Positions 7,315 through 15,096 of a stretch of 32,356 bases of DNA are shown here, piece by piece. Numbering within the stretch: the stretch's first letter is position 1; every line of letters starts with the position of its first letter. Both the position numbers and the translations under genes were made by a program. The notes beneath the pieces are model-generated. The model worked only from the letters and a program-made list of their open reading frames with translations. It searched no databases and was not told the DNA's origin. Source of the DNA: Tissierellia bacterium (GTDB lineage: Bacteria; Bacillota; Clostridia; Tissierellales; Tissierellaceae); assembly GCA_012521625.1 (NCBI GenBank), contig JAAYLY010000052.1:1-32356 (forward strand), read 5' to 3'.

Positions 7315-8256
7315 CTAATTATCTTCGATTTTATTGTCAATCCAGTAAATAATATCCTGGATTACTTCTTCCCTATTTAGCTCGTTTAGCATCTCATGCC
7401 GACCAGATTGGTAGAGCTTATAGGAGACATCTTTAATATTCAGGCCTTTTAATATTTCATAGAGGTTGATAACCCCCTTACCATAGTTGCCTACAGGATC
7501 ATCACTGCCTGCAAGGATATAGACGGGTATATCTTTAGGAAGCCTTTTTAAGTTATCCCTATTGTAAGTTGTCTTTAAACCCACATATAGATCATGGAAG
7601 AAGGAGACTGGAAATAGGTTGCCACAATAGGGGTCTTCTATATAGGCCCTAACTACCCTATCGTCCCTTGACAACCAGTCGTATTCGGTTTTTACCGGCT
7701 TAAAGCGGCTATTGTATCCGGCAAAGGTTAAATCATGGAAGAGCTGTATCTTTGCCTTTCGGCCTGAAAACTTCATAGCTATCTTAGAAAGGTAGATTCC
7801 TAAATCTATTATTGCCACTGGTTTTCCATTAGTACCTGATAGTATAAGTCCTTGAATACCTTCCCCAAAAATTTGCATATATCTTAGGCTTAAAAATGAG
7901 CCCATACTATGACCAAAGAGGATTATATCTGTATAGGGATTTTCCCTCTCTATAATGTCGGTCATTAGCTTCATATCCTCTACCATATCCTTAAAACCAT
8001 CATTATGGCTTATATAGCCCAGCTCTTCTATAGATGGGGAGGATTTACCATGGCCCCTATGGTCATGGCCATATATTATATAGCCCCTCTTGACCAACTC
8101 CCTAGCAAAATGGTCATAGCGAAGGATATGTTCATTCATACCATGGCTAATCTGCACAGCCCCTCTTACTTCACCCCTAGGCACCCATTTGTAGGCATTG
8201 ATACTGATATTATCCTTATTTAAGAAGCTAAAATTAATCCTCTCGATAGCTATCAC
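7315..8256 (-). CDS. Alpha/beta hydrolase (lysophospholipase / monoacylglycerol lipase-like, Hydrolase_4)
   Basis: HGMNEH...HDHRGHGKS oxyanion region, nucleophile elbow GHSMGS, C-terminal GSDDPV and GRHEMLNE. Confidence 0.85.
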   Translation of the reverse strand: MIAIERINFSFLNKDNISINAYKWVPRGEVRGAVQISHGMNEHILRYDHFARELVKRGYIIYGHDHRGHGKSSPSIEELGYISHNDGFKDMVEDMKLMTDIIERENPYTDIILFGHSMGSFLSLRYMQIFGEGIQGLILSGTNGKPVAIIDLGIYLSKIAMKFSGRKAKIQLFHDLTFAGYNSRFKPVKTEYDWLSRDDRVVRAYIEDPYCGNLFPVSFFHDLYVGLKTTYNRDNLKRLPKDIPVYILAGSDDPVGNYGKGVINLYEILKGLNIKDVSYKLYQSGRHEMLNELNREEVIQDIIYWIDNKIEDN

Positions 8257-8341
8257 CTCTTTTTATAGCTCAAAGCTATTAATAGCAGCATATGTAGTAT
8301 TTTTTAATCTAATAGATGTCTATAAAATTATTTTTTATTGG

Positions 8342-8887
8342 TTATTGTTCTTCCTGTCCACCTACTATAATATTTTCAGGGTAAGCATAGTATAGTCTAG
8401 TTCCATTAGATAAAGTTACATCAAAGTCAGTTACCTTATTGCTATTTTCAAGTGGTATAATTAAAGGCAACTCATAATTATCATCTACTCTTATTAAAAC
8501 CTCTATTAAGCCATTATTATTCCTTAACTCAACCTCATCCAGCTTACTTCTTGTAAGTATCTTTGTATCTATAATCTCTCCAGCATCATATTCTGTTTTT
8601 ATTAAACTAGTAATATTATCTTCCTTTACCATTCCTAAAGAATAATATTTCCCATTAATATCAATTACTTTATCATCTATCACAGCCGAATATCTTAACT
8701 CATTCTTTAAGTGTGCAGCAATAAGTCTTGCATCCTGCTGTGCATGTCCCCTATCTCTTCCGGTCTCAAAGGAACGGTTCCCAGCAAATAATAATGAATA
8801 TATAAGGTTAACTACTATGATAAATATTGCAAAAGTTACCACTAACTCAATTAAGGTCAAGCCTTTTCTATTTTGCCATTTTCCCAT
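8342..8887 (-). CDS. Prepilin-type N-terminal cleavage/methylation domain protein (minor pseudopilin, GspJ/PilW-sized)
   Basis: MGKWQNRKG|LTLIELVVTFAIFIIV is a class III signal peptide with Gly-1 and Glu+5. Start moved to ATG at 8887, preceded by AGGTGA plus 5 nt. Confidence 0.8.
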   Translation of the reverse strand: MGKWQNRKGLTLIELVVTFAIFIIVVNLIYSLLFAGNRSFETGRDRGHAQQDARLIAAHLKNELRYSAVIDDKVIDINGKYYSLGMVKEDNITSLIKTEYDAGEIIDTKILTRSKLDEVELRNNNGLIEVLIRVDDNYELPLIIPLENSNKVTDFDVTLSNGTRLYYAYPENIIVGGQEEQ

Positions 8888-8915
8888 ATTAATCACCTAA
8901 AATATCAATCTAAAT

Positions 8916-9230
8916 CTATGGCTTAGGTACAAAGGTTGTAATTTTAGTTTTATCGTCAGATGATGAAACAATCTTTCCTTTAACATCTATCTTTAAATTT
9001 TCCGTAAATATAATTTGTAAGTCAATCTCCTTTTCGTCTATGTTCTTATAATTATCGATTAACATATCTATGTTTTTTTGTTCTTCATTTATAGCGACTG
9101 TACGATTCCCAGCTTTTACAATATTATTTAGTCCTGTACTAAAAATGCTCATCACAGATATAGATATCATACCAATTATTGCTAAAGCTACTATTACCTC
9201 TATTAAGGTTAAACCTTTTCTATACTTCAT
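8916..9230 (-). CDS. Prepilin-type N-terminal cleavage/methylation domain protein (small minor pseudopilin, GspI/PilV-sized)
   Basis: MKYRKG|LTLIEVIVALAIIGMISISV with Glu+5. Start moved to ATG at 9230, preceded by AGGGGGG plus 5 nt. Confidence 0.8.
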   Translation of the reverse strand: MKYRKGLTLIEVIVALAIIGMISISVMSIFSTGLNNIVKAGNRTVAINEEQKNIDMLIDNYKNIDEKEIDLQIIFTENLKIDVKGKIVSSSDDKTKITTFVPKP

Positions 9231-9240
9231 AGTTACCCCC

Positions 9241-10956
9241 CTATTGGAAATAACCAGCTTTATATTCCCAATGTGTTGATGTAGATGATCCAACTTTGAT
9301 AAGACTTGTATCTATATTATCTGAATTATACTTAATATCTACATTACCAGTAATTGATATAGTTTTACCAACTATTCCTCCAGCTACCGGTGAATTATTC
9401 GTAAACACAATATTGGATTGAGGAGCATAAATAATACCCCGTACTGTTAGAGGAGTACCGTTGCTACCCATTTTTATATCATTATCTATACCAGAAGAAA
9501 TTATATTTCCATATATTATCCCACTACCCTTAAATTCAATATTGCCAGAGTTTACATATAAGTTCCCTTCAACAACTCTTCCGGAGCCAGATATTACAGT
9601 ATTACCATTATTAACATAAATAGATCCTTTCATCATTCCAGATCCATTAATTACAACATTACCACTAAAAGAATAAATATTTCCATACATTGATGCTGAA
9701 CCCGATAATTCAACATTGCCATTATAAGAATATATATTACCATCAACATAACCATTAGGTATTTTTATGTTACCAGACTTAGAAAAGATATTGCCTTTTA
9801 TACCTATGTCTTGGTTACCAGAGGTTTCAAAATTACTATTGTATATATACACATCTCCAAAAACTTGAGAGTTGTTAAATTTAATATTTGATATATTAGT
9901 TTTTATATATATATTAGCATAAATACCCTTTGGACTATTAAGACTAATTTCGCCCCCACTAAAATAGATATTTATATTTGAATTATGATTTTCCCTAAAA
10001 ATACATCTTTGACTACCGCTATTGGTTGTAAATTTTGATTTTATGTGAATATTTACTTCATGAGATCCTTTTACTAATATCTGATATACACTCAGCTCTT
10101 CAGTCCAAATATTTATAGCTCTTTCGCTAGCATCTATTACAAGCGTTTTACCCCAAGGTATATTAATTTTCTCATATCTCCCATTAGAATCTACAGTTAT
10201 TTCATCTACATTATCAAAATTTAAAACTGGACTAAGCGGTAAACTACTGGGATAATTTTCGAACTTAGGGAATTCGGGTATACTATTTTCTTCAGCCTCT
10301 TCAATATAATTTGAGAAAACAGGTATAGAGTAATTTCTTTCGGTAGATATCCTAACAGCTCTATCATCCGACCATTTATCCCTTAACCACCAGTCTGGTC
10401 CTGTAAATTTACTGTTTTCCGCCAAATAGGCTTTACCGGTTATTGTCGGATTATTTGAAATAGTAATATCACCATTTGTTCCAATATCCCCTTCAATTTT
10501 GCCATTACTTATAACAATATCCCCATGCGAAAACACCGCCATATCTATTTCAACTGTTTCGGTAGATGTGGACTCCTTCTCCATCACCTTAACAACTTTA
10601 TCTACCACATCTCCCACTCTTCCAAGTGATTCTATATATAATTTTTCATCTTCTTTTCTTAGGGTTACTATTGCTTTGTTTCCCTCAATATCTATATCAT
10701 TAAGGGTTATTTCTCTCTTTTCTTTGAGTTCATCTTCCAATTGTTCTATTTGCTCTTCATCCATCTTAAGTATGGCTGCTTCTACTGCTACAGCTCCACC
10801 CCTTGCTATATAATAGGCCTGGGTTTTATATTGATAGGAAAAGGATTGCTTATTTTCCGTTACCATAAAGTTTAAGATAAAGGTACCAAATATCATCAGT
10901 ATAGAAAATACCATTAAGGTTAAAAGCAAGGTTGAACCTTTCCTCTTTTTCATCAT
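9241..10956 (-). CDS. Large PilX/GspK/PilK-like pseudopilin with a repeat-rich (predicted beta-helical) C-terminal region
   Basis: MMKKRKG|STLLLTLMVFSILMIF is a basic N-terminus, Gly, then a hydrophobic helix lacking Glu+5, as in GspK/PilX-type subunits. Five to six tandem ~19-aa GN(I/L)Y..(S/N)GN(V/I)...GSG.... repeats span about aa 388-489. The tail reads RGIIYAP...AGGIVGKTISITGNV. Confidence 0.7.
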   Translation of the reverse strand: MMKKRKGSTLLLTLMVFSILMIFGTFILNFMVTENKQSFSYQYKTQAYYIARGGAVAVEAAILKMDEEQIEQLEDELKEKREITLNDIDIEGNKAIVTLRKEDEKLYIESLGRVGDVVDKVVKVMEKESTSTETVEIDMAVFSHGDIVISNGKIEGDIGTNGDITISNNPTITGKAYLAENSKFTGPDWWLRDKWSDDRAVRISTERNYSIPVFSNYIEEAEENSIPEFPKFENYPSSLPLSPVLNFDNVDEITVDSNGRYEKINIPWGKTLVIDASERAINIWTEELSVYQILVKGSHEVNIHIKSKFTTNSGSQRCIFRENHNSNINIYFSGGEISLNSPKGIYANIYIKTNISNIKFNNSQVFGDVYIYNSNFETSGNQDIGIKGNIFSKSGNIKIPNGYVDGNIYSYNGNVELSGSASMYGNIYSFSGNVVINGSGMMKGSIYVNNGNTVISGSGRVVEGNLYVNSGNIEFKGSGIIYGNIISSGIDNDIKMGSNGTPLTVRGIIYAPQSNIVFTNNSPVAGGIVGKTISITGNVDIKYNSDNIDTSLIKVGSSTSTHWEYKAGYFQ

Positions 10957-11089
10957 AATCCCACTTTCCTTCTTTGAATTTAATCAGGAACCAAATTTTA
11001 CCCCACTATATATAACTACACTAAATATCTGAAAGTTATGACTTCCTACATCCTATATAACCATAATATTCCATTTCCTATGCAATTGC

Positions 11090-11123
11090 AAATAAAAATG
11101 AGCTACAACAATTTATAGCTCAT
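11090..11123 (-). terminator. Rho-independent terminator after cvfB
   Basis: atgagcta (11098-11105) / tagctcat (11116-11123). On the minus strand it is followed by ttttattt. Confidence 0.6.
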
Positions 11124-11133
11124 TTAGGTTATT

Positions 11134-11970
11134 TTATTCATTTAAATTAATTTGATAATCGGATATTTGGATGACTCCGTCTTTATATAATTTACCTATA
11201 GCCCTTTTAAAGCCGGATTTGCTCATGTGTAATTCTTCCCTTATTAGGTCTGCCGGGCTCTTATCCCCTAGATTTAAGCTTCCGCCCCTTTCCTTAAGGA
11301 TTTCCAAGACCCTTTCGGCATCCTTATCTATCTGAAGGTAGAACTTATCCCTAAGGCTTAGGTCGAGTTTACCATCATTCTGTACCCTAGTAACCCTTGC
11401 CTCCACCTGGTCACCGACTTCATAGACACCTAATAATTCCTTCTTGGGTATAAGGGCGTCGTATTTGTTATCCACTGCCACAAAGGCACCTATATTCCTA
11501 TGGATGCTATAGATGGTTCCCTTTACTATATCATCTTCCTTATAATCCGAATCGGTCCTCAGCATATCCCTAATCTTCATGGTGGCACATAATCTGCCGG
11601 ACTTATCTACATATAAGCCTACTAAGTAGGTCCTTCCCTTATCTACTGAACCAATAGTTTCACCAAAGGGTAGGAATAGGTCCTTCTCTAAGCCCCAATC
11701 TAGGAAGATTCCTATCTTACTAACATCTACAACCTTTAAGGGGGCAATCTCTCCTAAGGTTATTTTAGGTTCCTTAGTTGTGGCCATATATCTTCCTTTA
11801 GAGTCGTTATAGATAAAGACCCTTATCTTGTCCCCCACCTTCTTATCCTTAGGTAGGTCTGCCCTAGGTAATAAAACGTCATCATCTACTTTCTTCTCTT
11901 CATTTAAGAAGGCACCTATTGAAACAATTCTCTTAATTATTAATTCTTGATATTCTCCTAAATTTATCAT
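11134..11970 (-). CDS. cvfB: S1 RNA-binding domain protein CvfB/YitL family
   Basis: 278 aa. The N-terminus GEYQELIIKRIVSIGAFL, repeated S1-like segments, and a C-terminal winged-helix-like KSGFKRAIGKLYKDGVI are typical of CvfB. Confidence 0.8.
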   Translation of the reverse strand: MINLGEYQELIIKRIVSIGAFLNEEKKVDDDVLLPRADLPKDKKVGDKIRVFIYNDSKGRYMATTKEPKITLGEIAPLKVVDVSKIGIFLDWGLEKDLFLPFGETIGSVDKGRTYLVGLYVDKSGRLCATMKIRDMLRTDSDYKEDDIVKGTIYSIHRNIGAFVAVDNKYDALIPKKELLGVYEVGDQVEARVTRVQNDGKLDLSLRDKFYLQIDKDAERVLEILKERGGSLNLGDKSPADLIREELHMSKSGFKRAIGKLYKDGVIQISDYQINLNE

Positions 11971-12073
11971 AATACACCTCTTCCTATGCTAGGAATATTC
12001 TACCACATGTAAATTCCATTAACAACAATATTTATTATTCCTATTTTTATACACTTTATGAATTAAGTAGAAG

Positions 12074-12102
12074 TAAAAGGGCACAGGGGAAATCCCCTGT
12101 GC
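12074..12102 (-). terminator. Rho-independent terminator after pyk
   Basis: gcacagggga aat cccctgtgc (12081-12102). On the minus strand it is followed by ccttttacttc. Confidence 0.65.
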
Positions 12103-12110
12103 ACCAACTT

Positions 12111-13868
12111 TTAAAGCACCCTTGCTTCACCCTTATAGATCTGTCCTGTGGCGCTATCTACTGTAACTATATCTCCATCCTTTAATATCTTAGTAGCATC
12201 TTGGGCTCTAACTATAGTAGGTTTATCAAGGTTTAATCCCACTATGGCTGCATGGGAAGTTAGTCCACCGTCTTCTGTAACTATTGCTCCAGCCCTTTCC
12301 ATAAACTTAACCATATCCTTGTCTGTATTTCTGCAGACTAGGATATTGCCATCATCAAATTTAGCTAATAATTCAGCTTCATTATTGGCTATACATACCT
12401 TACCTGAAATGGATTTTCCTCCTATACCAGTACCTGTTAATAAAACCTTACCTATAGTTTGGACCTTGATTAAGTTAGTTGTGCCAGATAAACCGACTGG
12501 AATACCTGCAGTTATTACTACCAGATCTCCCTCTTTTACATAGCCGCTATTGATAGCTGCTTCTATGGAGTTGGATATTACTTCGTCTGTAGTTGCGCTT
12601 TCAGGTGCAAGTACTGGGTATACTCCCCATTCTAAGGCTAATTTCCTCATGACCCTTTCGGAAGTTGTGGCTGCTATTATAGGAGCCTTAGGTCTAAATT
12701 TGGATATAGCCTTGGAGGTGGCTCCTGATGAAGTTGCAGTGATTATAGCTGCAGCTTCTAAGTCCTGGGCAGTGTAACATGTAGCCTTACCTATGGCATG
12801 GGTAGTGGTCATTTCTGCCCTAGCTGATTTCTCCTTTAATATGGCAGTATAGTTTAGGGATTTTTCTGTAGTAACTGCTATCTTATACATGGTCTTAACT
12901 GCTTCCACTGGATATTTACCAGCCGCCGTCTCTCCAGATAACATGATGGCGCTAGTTCCGTCTAAGATAGCGTTAGCCACGTCTGTAACTTCTGCCCTAG
13001 TAGGTCTTGGGTTTCTAATCATGGAGTCTAACATCTGTGTAGCCGTAATAACTGGTTTTCCTGCTAGATTACACTTTCTAATCATCTCTTTTTGAACTAG
13101 TGGCATAGTTTCCGCTTCGATTTCAACGCCTAAGTCCCCTCTGGCAACCATTATACCATCGGAGAAGGCTATGATCTCATCTAGATTATCTACCCCCTGC
13201 TGATTTTCAATCTTGGATACGATGCTTATATGGTGTCCATTATTTTCCTCCAATATCCTTCTGATCTCCGTAACGTCTTCTGCCTTTCTAATAAAGGATG
13301 CAGCTATGAAATCTACTCCATTTTCAATACCAAACAGGATATCGTCTATATCCTTCTGAGTAATGGCTGGTAGGTTTATCTCCACATTTGGAACGTTTAC
13401 TCCCTTGTGGTTTTTAAGGGTTCCACCATTTAATGCCCTACACTTAATATCCGTATTGTCTATGATCTCAATTACTTCTAACTCTACCAGACCATCGTCT
13501 ACCAGGATGATGGAGCCTTCCTTAACATCATTAGGTAGACCCTTGTAGGATATGCTAACGATGGTTTCATCGCCTAGGATATCCCTAGTAGTTAGGGTGA
13601 AGATGTCCCCTTGTTCTAATTCTATGGTTCCCTCTTTAAAATTTCCCAGCCTGATCTCAGGCCCCTTGGTATCCAACATAATTGCTATAGGTAGGTTTAG
13701 TTCCTCCCTAACCTTCTTTATGGTGTCGATCCTCTTTTTATGTTCCTCATGGGAGCCGTGGGAAAAGTTTAGCCTACATACATTTAGTCCATTTAAAAAT
13801 AGTTGTCTTAAAACCTCTTCTGATTCGGATGCAGGTCCTATAGTAGCTACAATCTTAGTTTTCTTCAT
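12111..13868 (-). CDS. pyk: Pyruvate kinase with C-terminal PEP-utilizer mobile domain
   Basis: MKKTKIVATIGPAS..., MVARGDLGVEI, and a C-terminal GGLTSHAAIVGLNL phosphohistidine-type domain. 585 aa. Confidence 0.97.
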   Translation of the reverse strand: MKKTKIVATIGPASESEEVLRQLFLNGLNVCRLNFSHGSHEEHKKRIDTIKKVREELNLPIAIMLDTKGPEIRLGNFKEGTIELEQGDIFTLTTRDILGDETIVSISYKGLPNDVKEGSIILVDDGLVELEVIEIIDNTDIKCRALNGGTLKNHKGVNVPNVEINLPAITQKDIDDILFGIENGVDFIAASFIRKAEDVTEIRRILEENNGHHISIVSKIENQQGVDNLDEIIAFSDGIMVARGDLGVEIEAETMPLVQKEMIRKCNLAGKPVITATQMLDSMIRNPRPTRAEVTDVANAILDGTSAIMLSGETAAGKYPVEAVKTMYKIAVTTEKSLNYTAILKEKSARAEMTTTHAIGKATCYTAQDLEAAAIITATSSGATSKAISKFRPKAPIIAATTSERVMRKLALEWGVYPVLAPESATTDEVISNSIEAAINSGYVKEGDLVVITAGIPVGLSGTTNLIKVQTIGKVLLTGTGIGGKSISGKVCIANNEAELLAKFDDGNILVCRNTDKDMVKFMERAGAIVTEDGGLTSHAAIVGLNLDKPTIVRAQDATKILKDGDIVTVDSATGQIYKGEARVL

Positions 13869-13879
13869 AAGTTTTCCTC

Positions 13880-14839
13880 CTAAATTGAAAGTATTTGTGC
13901 AGTTTCATATAGATTTACGTTAAATTCCTTTTTAATACTTAAGGCTTCATCAATATTAAGATTTATAATCTCATTGCATTTTATCCCCAATGCCTTTCCA
14001 GAATTATTATCCAACAATAATTCTACTGCCTTCCTACCCATTTCACTGGCAATTATTCTATCGAATGTACTCGGTGTCCCGCCGCGCTGAATATGTCCCA
14101 GCACGGTTACTCTTGTATCTATGCCAGTTTTTGCATAAATTTCCTTAGCCAAATCGTAAGCGTTACCCACCCCTTCAGCTAAGACGATAATATGGTGAAG
14201 TTTTCCCCTATTTCTACCCCTGATGAGTTTTTGGCAGATGGTATCGATTTTAGTATCCACCTCTGGAACTATGATGGACTCACCACCGCCTGCTAGGCCA
14301 GCATAGAGGGCAATATCTCCACAATGTCTGCCCATGACTTCTATAATGTTGGCCCTGCCATGGGAGGTGGATGTATCCCTAATCTTACTAATGGCATCTA
14401 CCACCGTTTCCACAGCGGTCATAAAGCCTATGGTATAATCAGTATATCCCAAGTCGTTATCTATGGTACAGGGTATTCCAATGGTAGGTACTCCAGCCTT
14501 GGCCAATTCACTGGCACCCCTTAAGGTACCGTCGCCACCTAGGATCACTAGGCTATCTATACCAAATATCTCTATAATATTTAAGGCCTTCTGAAATCCC
14601 TCCTCCGTCATAAACTCATCGGACCTGGTAGTCCTAAGCATAGTTCCACCTCGGTGAATAATGTCGGCCACGGAGGATAGGTTCATCTCTTCAATATCCC
14701 CATTGACAAGACCTGTATAACCCTGCCTAATCCCCAGCATCTTTACCCCATGGTAAAGACCCGTTCGAATAACCGCCCTAATGGCTGCATTCATACCTGG
14801 TGCGTCGCCACCACTAGTTAGTACACCTATTGTTTTCAT
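13880..14839 (-). CDS. pfkA: ATP-dependent 6-phosphofructokinase
   Basis: [42 protein letters not shown]. Confidence 0.97.
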   Translation of the reverse strand: MKTIGVLTSGGDAPGMNAAIRAVIRTGLYHGVKMLGIRQGYTGLVNGDIEEMNLSSVADIIHRGGTMLRTTRSDEFMTEEGFQKALNIIEIFGIDSLVILGGDGTLRGASELAKAGVPTIGIPCTIDNDLGYTDYTIGFMTAVETVVDAISKIRDTSTSHGRANIIEVMGRHCGDIALYAGLAGGGESIIVPEVDTKIDTICQKLIRGRNRGKLHHIIVLAEGVGNAYDLAKEIYAKTGIDTRVTVLGHIQRGGTPSTFDRIIASEMGRKAVELLLDNNSGKALGIKCNEIINLNIDEALSIKKEFNVNLYETAQILSI

Positions 14840-14878
14840 ATGATCCCCCTCGTAAAGATAATATCTTTATTCTTATGC

Positions 14879-15073
14879 TTATAATATATCTAATTCTACT
14901 AGGACTGATTGGATCTCTTCTGCTTCGAAAGTTGGAGCTAAGATTTCGTATAGTTCTTCATCACCTTCTGTGGCAAAATATTTACGCTTAACTATAAATC
15001 CTTCTGCCTTTAGCTTACATTCAACTTCTTCAGCCCATTCTTGTCCAGTAGCTACATATACAGTAGTCCACAT
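14879..15073 (-). CDS. Small acidic hypothetical protein (64 aa) between dnaE and pfkA
   Basis: ATG preceded by AAAGGGGGAGG plus 5 nt. It starts 23 nt after the dnaE stop. No motif recognised. Confidence 0.55.
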   Translation of the reverse strand: MWTTVYVATGQEWAEEVECKLKAEGFIVKRKYFATEGDEELYEILAPTFEAEEIQSVLVELDIL

Positions 15074-15096
15074 AAAGCCTCCCCCTTTAAGCCAAA

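Noticed and set aside
7242-7340. N-terminal 33-aa extension of the MATE ORF, overlapping the hydrolase 3' end. Similar over-long track starts occur at 4981, 8896, 9293, 18585 and 20357.
   Set aside because: The extensions begin at GTG/TTG or at an ATG without an SD. In each case an internal ATG with a canonical GGAGG-type SD at 5-9 nt coincides with the conserved family N-terminus.
12148-13923. Series of plus-strand ORFs (12148-12543, 12550-12777, 12889-13095, 13363-13548, 13552-13923) antisense to pyk. Similar antisense ORFs lie inside PFOR (26085-26462, 26547-27137, 28641-28856), dnaE (15707-16180, 16297-16494), the large pilin gene (10499-10813), the PHP/murB genes (23623-23976, 24192-24536) and elsewhere.
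   Set aside because: Each lies entirely within a confidently identified gene on the other strand. Their translations are low-complexity Ser/Leu/Ile/Pro-rich strings with no SD and no motifs. This is the typical stop-codon-poor antisense frame of codon-biased genes.
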